Below, in pieces: positions 11,171-32,500 of a stretch of 64,000 bases of DNA. The stretch lies in the NCBI RefSeq assembly GCF_009914755.1, contig NC_060929.1; one strand, 5' to 3'. The DNA is from the human T2T-CHM13v2.0 reference genome, Homo sapiens. The notes below the pieces were generated by a model that did no database searches, was not told where the DNA came from, and saw only the letters and a list, made by a program, of their open reading frames with translations. Each line of letters opens with the position of its first letter. The first letter of the stretch is position 1. Both the position numbers and the translations under genes were made by a program.

Positions 11171-14100
11171 TTGCTTGGACATTTCCCATTTCTTTGTAAT
11201 CATATTCAGATTCCCTTTATATGGTGAAGCTTTTGATAATGGAGAATCTTTGGTAAATTCTCACTCTAGTGATGGTTGAACACAGTTTGATTCCAAAAGA
11301 TGCAAATAATCTGACCAAAAAATGCCTTTTTCAGACATATTCAATAAGTGAATTTTTGCGTGTTCAAAGAGTACTTTGGAAAAATTGAAAGATTAAGATG
11401 TAGCCATTTGCTTAAGAGTTGGATAACAGCATGAACATTATTTTCTTGACCGTTTATTTGATTTTATTTCATTTTTTACAGTGAAGCTATTTGATGAAGA
11501 CATAATAATTTATAAATTGCTTATGCTGAAGTAAATAAAAAAGAAATTCTCAACCAGCTATTTGAAGGCAAAAATACGTGTGGCTGACTGCATGTCTGTA
11601 AAACTGCTGTGGAAAAGACTGCTTTGTAAATAAGTACACTGGCAGCCAAAGTTTCATTCATCAAGAGCACCACATTTCATAGTTTAGTTTCTGGTTTCCT
11701 CAGAGAATCAAAGTGGTAAAATATTAAGTAATATTTAAAAGAATCATTTTGAGTCTTCGTTCAATACAATTATATCAAATTCCTTAAAATGTTTATATTC
11801 TTTGATCAATAATTTACTCTTTTAGGAATCCCTCTTAGGATAAACTGGGGAAAATATATATAGAGAGTATCATCATAGATAATTTCCCAATAGTGAAAAA
11901 CAACAAATAATGTGTGTGTGTCTCTCTCTATATATAAATATATATATATAAAAACATATATATAGTATTAGGGAATTAATTTAAAATGTAATATATCTCT
12001 TTAAATATATATCTTTTATTATTTTGATTGCATAAGTAACATTTTATATAAATATCCAATAAATAAACATAATGCATTTTTTATTTTATAATATATTCAT
12101 AAGATTAAAAGGCACAAAGATAATTTCTGTTTTAACAAAAGAGTTTATTTCATGAAGAGCATTTCCTGTGTAATATTATACTATGGAAAAAATTATTATA
12201 ACGTGAAATTTTATATTTTCTTATTTATGTAAATAATAAATTGGTTTTTATCTGAAGAAAAAACTGGCAGAAAGTCCAGCAATATATGGGTGGTTGCCAT
12301 AGATGATACTTGTAATTTTTTATTTTCTATTTTAGAGTACAGAGGAGTCCCATATTTTCTATAATTATGTGTAGGTTTTATGATGAAAATATTTTAATTT
12401 CATCAGAGATTAAATGAAGGTCAGTTGGAATAAAATAAAATACATAAAAGCATCTAGAGATGTATTTGAAATGTTTAATATTTTTTGACTTATAATTTAC
12501 TTTTGATGTATTTGAATAATGTGACAGTATACATAAAGTATCATGAGGTAACTCTATTAAATAATATCAGCCAAAACTTTGGGTAAGAATACATATTATA
12601 TTCAAATTCAGTAATTAAGAAATAGTAAGATTAAAATAAGATAAAATAATAAGATTAAAATAAGTTTATAAGTATCTCTGTCCTAAAAGACAAAAAAGTA
12701 CAAGCTGATTATTTTAGAACTATCTTGAAAAAATTCTCAACTAATAGCTTATCATAAAATATAATCTATTATTTGATATATCATATTAACAATTAATTAG
12801 TGTAATTTTCACACATGATCAGTTTACCGAGTACATGTTAAGTGATTTCTATGGTCCAGGAAGATTCACTCAGATCTATGAGTATGAAAATGTAATACAC
12901 CATCCTTTAACAAATCATATCAAGTAAAATAAATCAATATTGCAATATGAGTTTCAGGAAGAGGAAGGAATTAGCAAAAACACAACATAAAAATGATTTA
13001 AAAAATTATTGCCAGAATGGCTAGAGAATGTCAATAAAAACTATAAAATATAAATTATTTTAAAATAATAAAATTTCAAATTAAAGAGTTTTAACAATAT
13101 GTGAAAATAGAAATGAGATTAGGGTCTGATGTCTCCACAGGGTATGAGATAGTCCAATTGATGAAGGTTCTTCATAGATTTACATCATTAGGATAGTAAA
13201 TATCACATTATTTAATGAAAAACACTACTGTAAGTAACTACACAAGATGATCACTTACAGGTCTAAGTTAGTAGAGCATGCATACCAGTTTGAATATAGC
13301 AGAAATAACAAATTCCCTTGAGGAAATCAATCAGAAACAGAAAAGAGAATGTGAAACAGACAAACTCTGTCTTCAACAAAGCTATTAACAAAAACTTGAA
13401 AAACAAATATAATGTGGAAAAGACTATCTGAAGTATAAGAATGAAGCAGGAAGACTGTGGGAAAACATGGAGAGAAAGTAACACCATTGAAGGTCTCAGA
13501 ACAGAGTCAACCAACTTCATTTCTCCAAGGAAAAGGGCTCACTCTGAGAAGTAAAACCTGTATAGCAGGTAAAAATGCTCATCAGAAAACTGGTATAACA
13601 GTATAAATGACAATTGTGCCTAATCATTCAAAATGATTTGAAAATAAAAAACCCCTTATTTAAACAATTACTTCTATCAAGTAAAATCAGAGGCATTATT
13701 GAGGATACATGTACAAAAGCTCAGAAAAGGGATGGTGAAAAAACAGAAAAAGAGCAAGTATTAGCTGGCAGTGCTCAACTTTAAAAATTGAAGAAAAAAA
13801 CAAAAAATGATCACGTAGCATGATAGGAAAATTTAAAGAAACACAAAAGAGAGAAACACAACAGAGAGAAACAGAAAGAAACACAGAGGACATAAATAAT
13901 AAAATAACTTGAAATGGATACAAGTAAACAAGTTTAAATGATTACTGATAAAATATTAAATGTAGAATAGTATATAGAAAAAACAAAGTAATCATACAAA
14001 TTAACAATATTCTTTAAGAAAAAAACGATGAATGGAGAAAAGTTCTAATTAAATAAATCAGTTACTGAAATCTGATTGTCATACTGAAAGCAGAGATTTT

Positions 14101-14465
14101 CTGTATTAACCTGGAGAAAGCTTAGATCTGTAACTCCCCCTTGTCCTGGAAATAATTCAAAGGATGAAATTAAAAAAAAAATACTGCAAAAATCATCTTC
14201 AGTGGAAACATAAAATAGAGATTTCAAAAGTGCCAAAATGAGATTAAGTGCTGCCCAGTGTTTGATAGAGACTTAATAGCATCATGCAATGCAGCAGTGG
14301 AAAGTAGTATGGGGGAGTGCAAAAGGGTTGTACAGTATATGTTTCAAGACACACTCTACAATATGTCCAGAAGCAATATAAAGGGAAAACGTTGGTGAGG
14401 AAACCAACAGAAGGAATGATGAAGTAAAGGGACCTGAAATGTGGTGGAACTCAACATGTGATATA

Positions 14466-14781
<316 letters not shown>

Positions 14782-15749
14782 CAGCAGTGTATCTTGTAGA
14801 AAGCAGTATTAAATAAGTTAACAAGTATTTAAGATTATATATGTTTTTCTGTGTAATTAATTGTATAAAGTAGATTTTAATACATACAGTTTTTATAAGC
14901 ATCACATTCCATTTATGGGAAATTTTCATTTTGACTTAATAATATATTAACTACTCCTTCCAGTTTTCATGTAGTAGAGCCTTTTGATTTATGAGTTTCT
15001 TATCAGTTTCTGGTTTCAGGCAGTATGATCAGAAAATTTTTATATAATTCTTATGTTTTATCTTGGTACATTTATTGAGGTTTAAAATTAACATACATTT
15101 GATGAGAATTCTCGGTGTCAAGCTTTTAAAATTCATTATCAATTAATGCAACTTTTAAATTATATTCTTTAAATATCCCATATTTGCATTAATAGTATTC
15201 AACTTATAGTTTGTTATTGCTGCCTTTAACTTCATCATTAACAGTCAATGAAAATTATGTAAAATCTACTTTTTAAAAAAATAAATGCTGTTGCTACGCT
15301 TTTAAACTAAAGGATATAACTTACAATGGATGCATTAAAAAGCATACTCTGATTTTTAAAAGCCTTCTTTTCCTAAATTAATGTTTTGGCCTAAAATCTG
15401 ACTATAATCCAGTAGGTAGTATTCAGCTAGCACTTCTACAATAAACAATACAGTGGAGTAATATCTATTCAGTAACTTATTTTAAGAATTAGACCTCAGA
15501 CAATGCATTATATCCACTAAAAAGCAAATCATAAAGGAAACATCATAGTTGTCCATTTCTCTGCCTGTTGATAATTTTTCAAACATTAAGAAGTGTGCTA
15601 GAGCCCGAGTAGAGCCCATTTTCCACTGAAGGAAGTTATGCAGAATCTGTGTGAGAGAGAGAGCAACAGCTAGGTGGAGGTTCTCAGCAGTCCTTGGATG
15701 AAGCGTAGACTACACATTTTCAGGGCAAGACTGTCCAAGACTTACCAGA

Positions 15750-16969
15750 GAGCAGTTTCTATAGATTTAAGAACAGAACAGGGATACCAGAAATTAGGTA
15801 ATAATGAGGACACTGGAAAACTAATTCAATCAGTGTGAAGTCTTTATAAATATCTTGTTAACACTTTGGTGGAGACACAAAGAAGGTCATATGTTAGAAG
15901 TAATCCTATGCTAGATATCTCCTAACAAAATCTAAAATCACAGTTTGAAGTTTGAGTCCCACCAAGTAAGATGGGCTTGGGAAACGCATTAAGATTATAA
16001 GATCTGCTTTACCGAAGCATAAAACCAAGTCTCCACAAGTTCAAGTGTGATCAGCCTGCAATCTAATGCATGTTAGAATGAAAATTACCTCTTCAGAGGA
16101 ATATAACAAAATTAAGATCTTCTACAATGTATTCTTCAGGATGTCTGATTATAAGATGTGAAGATAAACAAGTAAATCTTGATATATGAAAAAACAGAGA
16201 AAACAAAAGGACTCCAAAAGAAACTACACATGAGATGATGCAAATTTTAGATGCAACAGGCAAAAATTTGTAGGTAACATAAATGTGTTCTGAGAATTAA
16301 AGGGTCTCATATTCAAGGAATTGAAGAAAACTGTAATTGTAAGGAATTAATAGGGAATTTAGGGAAATAAATGGAAGTTTTAAAACCATAAATTGGAATT
16401 TCTAGAAAAGTATCTGAAAGTTTAAAAATAACTGGTCTTAAAAGCAAATTAGAAATAATAGAAAAAGTCAGTAATCTTTACAATAGAACATTAGAAATTC
16501 CTTATTTGAATAACAGCACATGAAAAGGATGAAGAAAATAATTAGAGATACTCAGGGAGTTAAAGAGGGATTCCATAATAAAACTTGCAAGGGAGAAGGA
16601 TTTTTTTCAGATATGACTTTTTAAAGTTATCAAATACCATGGTCACACTAGGTATGTCAAAGTTTAAATTTCTGAAAACTCATAATGAAAAAAGTGGAAA
16701 AAATCAATGCAATCAGACATAAAGGACATTTCATATACAGAAGAGAAGCAATACAAATTACAGCTCATTTCTCATTAAAAACAACACAGTGCAGAAGATA
16801 ATAGAATGGCATCCTTGAAATACAAATATTGACCCAGAATTTTATACCCAGTGAAAATTCTCTTCACAAGTGAGAGTGAAATAAAGAAATTTGAAGATAG
16901 AGAAAAGCCGTAAGAATTTATCTTTGACAAACTTGCTCTGCAGGAAATGCCAAAAATGGTTTGTTTGAT

Positions 16970-17011
<42 letters not shown>

Positions 17012-17070
17012 TGACTGAAGGGAAACTATAGCAGATAGAAATGTTAATCCATAAGGGAGAAAAGGAAACA
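15750..17070 (+). mobile_element. Old L1M (L1MC/MD/ME-like) 5' region and ORF1 relic
   Basis: A-rich sense strand; decayed ORF1 C-terminal motif acccagaattttatacccagtgaaaattctcttcacaagtgagagtgaaataaag. Boundaries approximate. Confidence 0.6.
16976..17010. repeat. (TG)17 microsatellite
   Basis: Perfect dinucleotide run. Confidence 0.97.
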
Positions 17071-17454
17071 TACTTTCTATGTGTATGTGTGTGTGTAAAA
17101 TATAACAACAATATTTTAAAGCATGTTAGGGACATGTAAACAGAATCTAAGATTTTAGTAGTATGACTAGACAAAGATAATTTGATGTTAGGATTTGGAA
17201 GAGTAAACTGCTATGTAAAAGTGTGAATTATTTTGTGTAAAGTAAGAAGTATTAAGTGTGAAGGACAAAGTGTGAGTATCGTTTCTGTAGTGAAAGATGA
17301 CATGTAAATCAAATGAATGAGGACCATACTTAATCAAAATATACTTAGAGAAGTTAAGGATAGATATTGTGAGCCCTGGGAAAATAAATAATGTAATGCA
17401 AAGGAATCCAGAAACCGGTATGCCTTGAAGGCAGAATACTGAGTTTGGAAATCT

Positions 17455-17830
17455 GACAGAATGCAATTTGGTAATATTTAGCAGTAAGGTCAAAGTATGT
17501 ATGTGCTTTGATCCTTTGATCAACTAATTTAACCTATGATACGTTCAGAAATTGGAAATACAATATATGTGCAAAATTACTTGGTAAGTATTGCTAGAAA
17601 TAGCACTGGGACATACTCTAAATGTTAATCAGTAAGGGGTGATGCACTATATTGCTGTTTTTCTGTACACATCTGTGTGGCTATTTAAAAAATGAGGACA
17701 TTAGTTAAGTAGTGATACAAAATAATATTAGCAAATATATTGTTAAGAGAAATAAGCAAATTTTGGAAGAGTATTTAAGTTATGTCACCCTTGTGTAAAA
17801 GGAGAAACTATGTAATTGTGCGTTTATGGG
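17455..17830 (+). mobile_element. L1ME-like 3' fragment
   Basis: Decayed ORF2-end/3'UTR motifs: caatttggtaatatttagc, gctatttaaaaaatgag, atatattgttaagagaaataagcaa. Confidence 0.5.
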
Positions 17831-19344
17831 CATTTTGTAAGCATTATTAATGGCTTAAATTAAAAAAATTAAAATCATTAAGTTTTTGTGAGGATTTGAA
17901 TTGTCTTAGAATTTATAAAAAATAGCAGTAAGATATAAACTCATTTAATCTTCTTGAAAATATGGCTGCCCTTTTATATTCATTTACTCAGAAATCCCAA
18001 CAAAAATTATAATAAAAACCCAAAAAGTGGATTAAAATATACACATTATCTTTTGTGCCACTCATTCCATTTAGTTCTATGCTAAAAGAAAATATTGTAT
18101 TAAAAGTTTTTGTAGCATCATGAGATCATGTTGAATAAATGGACAACCTAAAATTTTAGTACTTTATATAACAGTTTATTTGTGCACGTCCTGCATATAA
18201 TCATTGACATAGGTGAGAGAACCAAACGAACAGGACTTTTCATAGCTAAAGTGACTCAAGGGAAAGAAAATAAGAAAAACGCAAGTGGCAAATAGTTTCT
18301 AAATAAGATTCAAAAGTAAAATGACAAAAAGTTAAGTAAAATATGTAATCTGAATCACTCCTCACAATACAAGGAGCTTGACTGTAAGTTAATTTCCATT
18401 TAGATATGAATATGAATAAAGAAGTAAAGAAATACAAAAGTCAAGGCAATGGAAGAAATTCTCAATAGCTGACTGATGACTATTCAAGACTATTGGGGAC
18501 TTGGTGGAAAAAGGTTTGTCTAGCAACATAGTAAATTAATCCTGTTTTTATTTCCCCATTAGATTACATATCAACTATCTGTAAATAGAATATAAAGCAG
18601 AAGGTAAGCTCACAGAATGGGCTACATAAATCATTTTGAAGTAACAAAGAATTCAGGAAAGGTACCTCCTCTTTTCAAACTTTTGAAAGAGAAAGTCACA
18701 AGAATAACAACAGCAAATACAAACTATAAACCCAAAGCCCCCTGGCTTCCTCACAACACAGTAACATTTTTTAAATGTTAGCCCTGATAATCCACTTTTA
18801 AATAAATCTCAATGGCCACTGAAAAATGTTAAGCACACTTCCAGTTAAAATCCTAACTTTGTATAATGTATCATTAAAATAATGCTACTAGGCTGAGAGA
18901 CTAAGGGTCACCAGAGTAATTCTCAGATATAAGAATAATTTGAGAGAAGAAATTAGCAGATATTTTCACTCTTTTAAGTAGTGGTGTCGGTAGAGTAGGG
19001 AATATAATAAATTACCATTCTTTATTATACCCAAACAACTAGTGAAACAATTGCATTTTTAAACAAGAACTTCTTTTAAAATTTATTTCCAAAAGTCATT
19101 TTTTTTCTGTGGATGCAAGTGCAGAAGTTGTGTATGTTTTTAAAAAGAGAACCTTTAACATGAAATCTTTAAGTTGAAAGATATTACCTTGTGATATCCC
19201 CCCGCTTTTAAGTGGATGTTTTGGTAAGTGTTCCAGAAATAGTTCGCATTTCAGTAGAGTAAAAAAATTAAACAAAGGTTAAAAAACTAATTATTTGGAA
19301 TAAAGATATAATTCTGAGCATTTTAGTGTTCTAATAAAAGTGCA

Positions 19345-19530
19345 TTTTAAGAGCACTGTTTTGGGAGCCAGAAAGATCTGAAAACAAGTCTCAGTTACGG
19401 TATATATTAGTATATAGGTTTGGATATGCAGTTAATTAAAGTTAGATTATCTAAGAACCACTGATCTCTAAAATGAAGATATTATATGTCATATAATTAT
19501 AATAAGAAACCAACAAGATAATGTATTGCT
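19345..19530 (+). mobile_element. MIR relic
   Basis: ttaagagcactgttttgggagccagaaagatctg and atctctaaaatgaagatattata are MIR core motifs. Confidence 0.55.
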
Positions 19531-19987
19531 ACAGAAAAACATTAAGTGGATTAAAATTAGAAAAATCATAGCTGAAGAACAAAAATATTTTCTGCCCTTG
19601 GCTGTTTTTATTCAATGTATTATTCAGTCACTTGGTACAACCATAATAGCAGTGTTTAGATCATCTGAGGTGTACACCAAAGTAGAATGATAGGTAATAT
19701 GTTTGATAGCAAAAGGATGCCTTAAAATATCTTGATATATTAAGGGATGGTATAGACTGCATGCAAATATGATATATTTAAAAGAGATAAATATAAAGAT
19801 ACAGTCCATTCAGGAAGAAAATATATATTGAAAAAGTAAATTTTAGCATATAACAGCTTAATGAAAATATATAAAATCAACTTAAATGCCTTTAGAGTAA
19901 GCCAGTTTTAGTACTTTTTTTGCTTTCGTTAAAAAATTACAGTATATCAAGTGGTAATAATACAAATATGATGATATAGGATTTCAT

Positions 19988-20425
19988 AGCTCTTAGGATG
20001 GATTTCTTTGAAAACACACCATGAGTCAATGACTTAGATGTTATTGTTTATTTGGCAGGTCATCCAAGAAATCAGAAGTAAGAAAATTAAGAATTTGAGA
20101 ACAAGGTAAGAAAAGCCCACCAAAGTATAATAATGATCGGGTTACAATAGTTAACAATAAGTAGACCCTCAAATTTTTTCCATCAGAAAGAGAAGGATGA
20201 AATAGTTATCCACAAACATTCATTTCCTATTTGTTAACTCCTTGAACTTCTGGGTTGCACTTTCATGCAGCGGGGCTGGCCTTGAGCCTCTGATAAGGCA
20301 GAACAGAGGGAATTTGCTGCATTCATTTAGTGTGGGAATCCGAAAAGGATACCAGGAATTTTCCACCATACCTGTACTAAATGAAGAGGTTTAGGGGAAT
20401 AAGAATGTTGTGTCACAAGTATCTA
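19988..20425 (-). mobile_element. Ancient ERVL-class solo LTR (LTR33/LTR16-like)
   Basis: tcttaggatggatttc...gtttatttggcaggtcatccaagaa resembles the reverse strand of the LTR33 group. Confidence 0.45.
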
Positions 20426-20574
20426 TTAAAGTTATCTTTTTTCATTGATTTGTACACTATTCATTCAAGACATGATTAACATCTTAGCCATCTAAGTCAC
20501 TTAGACTGACTGATTAATAGTGATTCATTCAAAGTTGAATTCATTCAAGACAAGTAACCTGTATATGGAAAACC

Positions 20575-20973
20575 ATGGACCAAATTTTAAAGGAAATGGT
20601 TGAAGGAACGCAAATGTTAGGACTAGATATGATAATACTTAGGGGAAACATCATAGAAGTCTTCAAATATTTGAAAGTTTTTCATTTGAAAAACAGAGTG
20701 CATTTTCCTGAGTAGTTAAAATTTATAGTTTAGGCAAATGTATGGACATTAAATAAAGATGGATTAAGTCTAAAATAGGAAAGACTGTACTACGAAATCT
20801 GTATAATAATGCCCTGAGTTATAGTTAGGGTTAATACATGTTCAATTATGGGAGATGTTCAGAGACTAGTTGAACCCTTATATGTTAGAGATGTTTCAGA
20901 GCCAAATCAATAATCACAGAGGTGATTAAACAGATCTCGGGTATAAATCCCTTTCAAACATAGTATAATTCTA
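20575..20973 (+). mobile_element. L3/CR1 LINE 3' relic
   Basis: ggttgaaggaac...ggggaaacatcatagaagtcttcaaatatttgaaag and terminal tccctttcaaac...ataattcta are typical CR1 RT-end and 3'UTR motifs. Confidence 0.65.
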
Positions 20974-20994
20974 CAAATGTCAGAGTGAACTTAT

Positions 20995-21280
20995 ACTCAT
21001 CTATTAATTGCTTTATTCAGGAATACTTATTAAGAATTATACAAGTCATTGGGTGTCAATGATGAAACAAATTTGTTGAATAGTAATAAAGATATATTTA
21101 ATATAATAAGTATATGTGCTATAAGTTCTATGAAGAAAAATAAAATATGACTGGGTAAAAAAATGATAGGACAGATGGTCTGTATTTATTTAAAATTAAT
21201 AAAGTTTTTAAAAAAGAAGACAGTACTTAAACTGAGATCTGAAGGAAGACAAGAGGAATCAACTATGAGAATAGTTGTTT
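20995..21280 (-). mobile_element. L2 relic
   Basis: ttattcaggaatacttattaag (reverse L2 terminus), ataagttctatgaagaaaaataaa, ttaaactgagatctgaagga. Confidence 0.5.
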
Positions 21281-21689
21281 AATTTTAGTGTACAGCATAT
21301 CCTACGACTCAGAGTTAAGCATGCTAAGATTTCTTTTATATGAATATATATTTTTGTCAGCATATCCAACACCCAACCATAAAATGTTTATGCAAATTAC
21401 TAGAGACATATACCTTTCATTCCAATGTGAAATCATCCAGAGAGCAAAATTTAATAGCAATAGAAAATATCCTGAATAAAGTATGTTGAATGAATTAAAG
21501 GAGTAAAAAGGTCCTATCAATGATGTTAGACATTTTCAAGGAAAATAAAGTATTGATGCAATATTTGCATTTTACATAAATTAAGTAAGTCTTTTGAAAA
21601 TGTTAAATCTATGTATAATAAAGCATTTACTAATGAGTATCTTTAGAGTTAAATCAACAATAATAACAAATAACACTTTAAAAAATAAA

Positions 21690-28092
<6,403 letters not shown>

Positions 28093-29399
28093 GTAAAACT
28101 AAGTCTTCTGAGAAGTTATTAGCCTTACTATACAACTTATTACTTCACTTATTTTAGTTTTCTCTGTTATTGTTCTTCTAAGAACAATAGTACTAGTACA
28201 GCACTAAAATAACTTAATTTCTAAAGGGCTTGTGCTGTTACCAGGTTAACCTTTGGTCCTGACCATTGGAATTTTGCCATATAATGAGCAAAAAATGTTT
28301 ACATTTTGCAGTAAAATATTAATACACAAAAACTAATTTTGGAAACAATATTTTCAAGGAATACGTATGATCCACCATAATATAAAACATTACTTGTAGG
28401 AAACAATCTTCATAAATTATAAGTTGGTAATATACCAATAATATGCAATTTAAAATGTTACAAATTGTCTTAGGAAATAATCATGTCATTATTAGCATAA
28501 ACTTTGAATCTATCATACATTAATTTACCTATTGTGGATTAATAATTCCATTTTAATTTTCTGTACTTGAAAATGGATATAAGTATTCCATGGAAAATAG
28601 AATTATTGCTTACTACTTATAAAACTGTATCAAGACTGTTAGGGAATTATTAAAAATTGGTATAGCAGAATATATTTTTCTCATTCTTGTGGAAATTGGG
28701 AAAGCTGAATGGTTCACCGTTCACATAAAGTGACTGCATAACAATCATGTTAATAAATATTAAAGTTTCACAAATAAACTTTGGTTGTCTCCTATGAATC
28801 ACTTTTACTTTCATTTTTATTCACCTCTTGGTAATTTCTAATGTAAGAGTTCCATGTTATTTCCTACAAACATTGCACTTTGAAGAAAATTGTCTTATAG
28901 AAAAATATATATTATGAAGAATTGTGGGAAATTTCCAGATTTAGTATTAACACATTAGACAATTAGACACAAAATTTTATTTATAAACTAATATATTAAG
29001 AAATAATTATCCAAATAGCGTATACTGAGTTCTGAAATCCATTTTAGTTAAGATTAAATGGTAATATTTTCTGATACTTTCTAAAAATGTCCCTTCATTT
29101 TAATCCTTTTCTGTGTTGTATTCATGTTTCTTTTTTGGCAGAAAAGTCCATGTCATCCATAGTCTTTCTGCAGTCTGATTTCTAAAACTATGTTTATTTT
29201 TCAATTATCTCCTGAAATATGTCTATTACTGGTGTGCTTGTCACACTCCACATTAAAACATTTAAAGCAAATTTCAAGTTCCTTCTCCCAGTTTGTAAGA
29301 ATTTGTCAACTCACATTTATACTTGATAAATAATTACTCACCTGTCCTTGTCCTTTATTTTCATTGCTAATGTCTCTCATTTTGAACTTCCAGAGGGAT

Positions 29400-29510
29400 A
29401 ATTTTTGACTTTCATACTATTCTTAATTTGTCGCATGACTTTAGGCAAACCACTGAAATCACGATTTCATTTTTCCCATGTGAAAAATGGGAGTGCTGGA
29501 GATTAAGTAT
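29400..29510 (+). mobile_element. MIR/MIR3 core relic
   Basis: tgactttaggcaaaccact...tttcccatgtgaaaaatggg core. Confidence 0.55.
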
Positions 29511-32500
29511 ACTAAAACATGTTTTTAAAATACTCTGTTCATGTTATGCATACTTTTCTATTATAAGAGTAGATGATAACATTTTACTTGGTAAGACATA
29601 ATTGTATAATTTATTCCTATTGCTTTTTTTTAAACAAAAATCTGACAAACGTTTATTCCTAACTAACAGAAGTTATTGAATGTACCAAGCACTCTCATGA
29701 ACTCCCCTTAATTGTCAGGCCTCTACAGAGAGCAGCAATGATGGGACCTAAATCCTGTTAGAAGCTGATATAAATGAGAATTTTAATGGCAGAAGCGAAG
29801 GCTGTATTAAGAAAGAGAAGTCAAAGTAAATAGATTTGTTGTTGTTGTAAATTTACATGTGGTTGTCTTTGTTAATATTTGTAGCTTCAACATCTATAGC
29901 CCTCTTTAAATGTTTTCTTAATATTTGTAGTATATGTTTATTTACCTTATAGTTATAGTAAGTTAAAGTTAGCATTCCTTATGCCTCTGAAAACAAAGTA
30001 TTACTGATTTTGAGAAGGTATTTGCAAAGTTGAATCTTTAGATTTTTAATTAGCACTGAAATATGTTATTGGCTAACTACAAGATTCGTATTAGAAGAGT
30101 CTGCCATTAGCCTTGCCTTGAAAAACTGCAAAGATTAGAATGTCCACTTAATTATTTTAGCAAAGCTTTGTTTGTGTGAATTTTCATTCTGTTTTCATAG
30201 TTATATTTCACTTGTCCTTAGTTAAGTTTCTCCCTGTATCATTATTTTTTTAATTATGAAAAATTCTAGATGCTAACCTATCTACAATTTTTTTTTCCAG
30301 TATCTCAAGAAACCCAAGAAGAATAAATTAAGTTTCCAGGTTTAGTTTCACTGGTGAATGGGAAACATATAATTCACGAGTGCTTTATTTTAGGACTATT
30401 TCTTCTTGTTGTTGTTTATGATTTATTGTAAAATGAGACTTAAAATCTTTGACACAGCCAGGGTAAAAATATGAAGTTAAAATTATTATCTGCTGAAAGT
30501 CACTCCTGGTTTTCTACCAATAAAGAAAGTTGATAATCTCACTGATTTTTTTCTGACATCATTATTGTCTTGTTCTATAAAAGGTGAGCAAATATTTATG
30601 GGCTTAGATGTAATATTGCTACAGCAATTCAGCCTTTTCTGCACACATATGCAATATTAAAACAAGAAACTAATTACAATATGAGTGAATATAAAGGCAA
30701 AATTATCTACAAAGGTTAAATTTACCAATAGCTGTTCACAGTTTTAGGTATTTTAATAAAAATTCAGTGACATTTTGCAGATGCTCAAAGAAGACAATTT
30801 ATAATTTGTGAAAGAGCATGAGTAAACATCAGAGTTCACAAATACACACACACACATTCCTTTAATGTTTTGCATAGGAATACAATAAGGTTTCATTTCA
30901 TTTGTACTGTCTTATCTTTTAATCAGATTTTTTGTATTTCTTCTAAATTCATTTCTTTCTAAAAATAACCTTAAGTATCTTTGGTTTTCTTTGATAAAAC
31001 TGTCTCTTTTACCTTCCTAGCAAAAGTTCAGCTATTCACCTTCATGTAGCACATACTGAGGTTATTCAGGATAAAACTTCCTTAATATGAAATTTTATCT
31101 TCAGTATTTTCAAATTTAAACTTTGCACATCTACATATTTGCATTTAACATACATTTCAATTGTATCTACAAATTTTACTTTAATTTAAGCTTCAATTTT
31201 ACTTTTGTTTAGATATAGCTTCCTAATTTCATTGTGAATTATATATAGACACTGATTAGGTAAACAATTTTACTGTGTTTGCATATAGCTCAGGTGAGTA
31301 CATACATAACAATAAAAGGATCCTGGCTTTTAAATACTACAGTTATGCTAATTTTACTTTATTTTTCACATTTAAAACATATAGACAATTTTAAGAATTA
31401 AATAAAATGAATATTTTAAATATGGTAAATTGGCATATTTAGTTATTTATAACTATATAATTTAAAAAATACACAAGTAGTAAAAGATTATTATTTAAGT
31501 ATATAAGAACTTTATAAATAAGATTAAAGTTTCTTTTAATCATTCTTACTCCTTAACAATAATGAAAAATATATTCTGTTGTGTATCTTTTCAGTATATT
31601 TGGTTATTTTATACACATCTATTTTACAAAGACAATGTTAACTGCTTTGTGTGGGAATGATCTTCAATTGTATTTAATTCACATTATGCAGGAAAAATAA
31701 TTCTGTAACATTTCATTCAAAACCATGTGATTTTTTCCCCTGAATGCTACACAGTGTAGATGTATCCAATTTATCTGTAATCATTACCTCAACATTGGAT
31801 ATATTTATTGCTTATTTTCTAAATTATTTTAAAATAAGAGAAAAAAATCATTGTTTTACTTCTTAGTAAGTTATAAAACCTTAAATGTTTTATGTATCAT
31901 TGTATTAAACAGAAGCAATACTGTTATTTGCCTTAAAAAGAAAATAGGAATATCCTAGTTTTCTATCATAAAGTATATGGATATTGGTAAAGAAAATGCA
32001 TATGGTATTCTCCATGTTTTAGTTAACACACAGTTTATAAATTATGTGCAGATTATACTAATGGCCATGTTGAAAAAGATTACTAGGAAAAAGTGATAAA
32101 TGCTTGGTAGACTGAGTCAGATGTTTACACTACTTGGGCCTTTTCACCCTATGAGAAAACAGATAGTGATACATAGAGTGTCTCTAAATTATAGATTTTG
32201 AAATAATCATCAATAGGCTAAAAATGAGACTACACTAAGAACTTAATATACTTTAAAAGGAAAGAATAGCATGAGGTCATTTTTTGTAACTCAAAATATA
32301 TGTTATAAAGGGCATGCTTTAAAGAACCTGGCAGCAGAGATTTGAAGGCCATTAAGAATGGCTATAGAAAGTATAAAAATAAACTAAGGCCATAGAAAGA
32401 TTTCCATATGCAAACTGGTTTGAATTAGACAAAAGAGATTGTAATTGTACATATAAAGATATGTATTGTACATATAAAGTAGTAGAGACTACTTTATTTT

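Noticed and set aside
13600-14300. Possible HAL1/L1 ORF1 relic (similar A-rich tracts at 40880-41130 and 48650-49130) and a possible old LTR at 54650-55200
   Set aside because: Composition is suggestive but too decayed to assign family or boundaries without an HMM search.
32444-32479. 15-bp direct repeat attgtacatataaag
   Set aside because: Ordinary short slippage duplication in AT-rich DNA.
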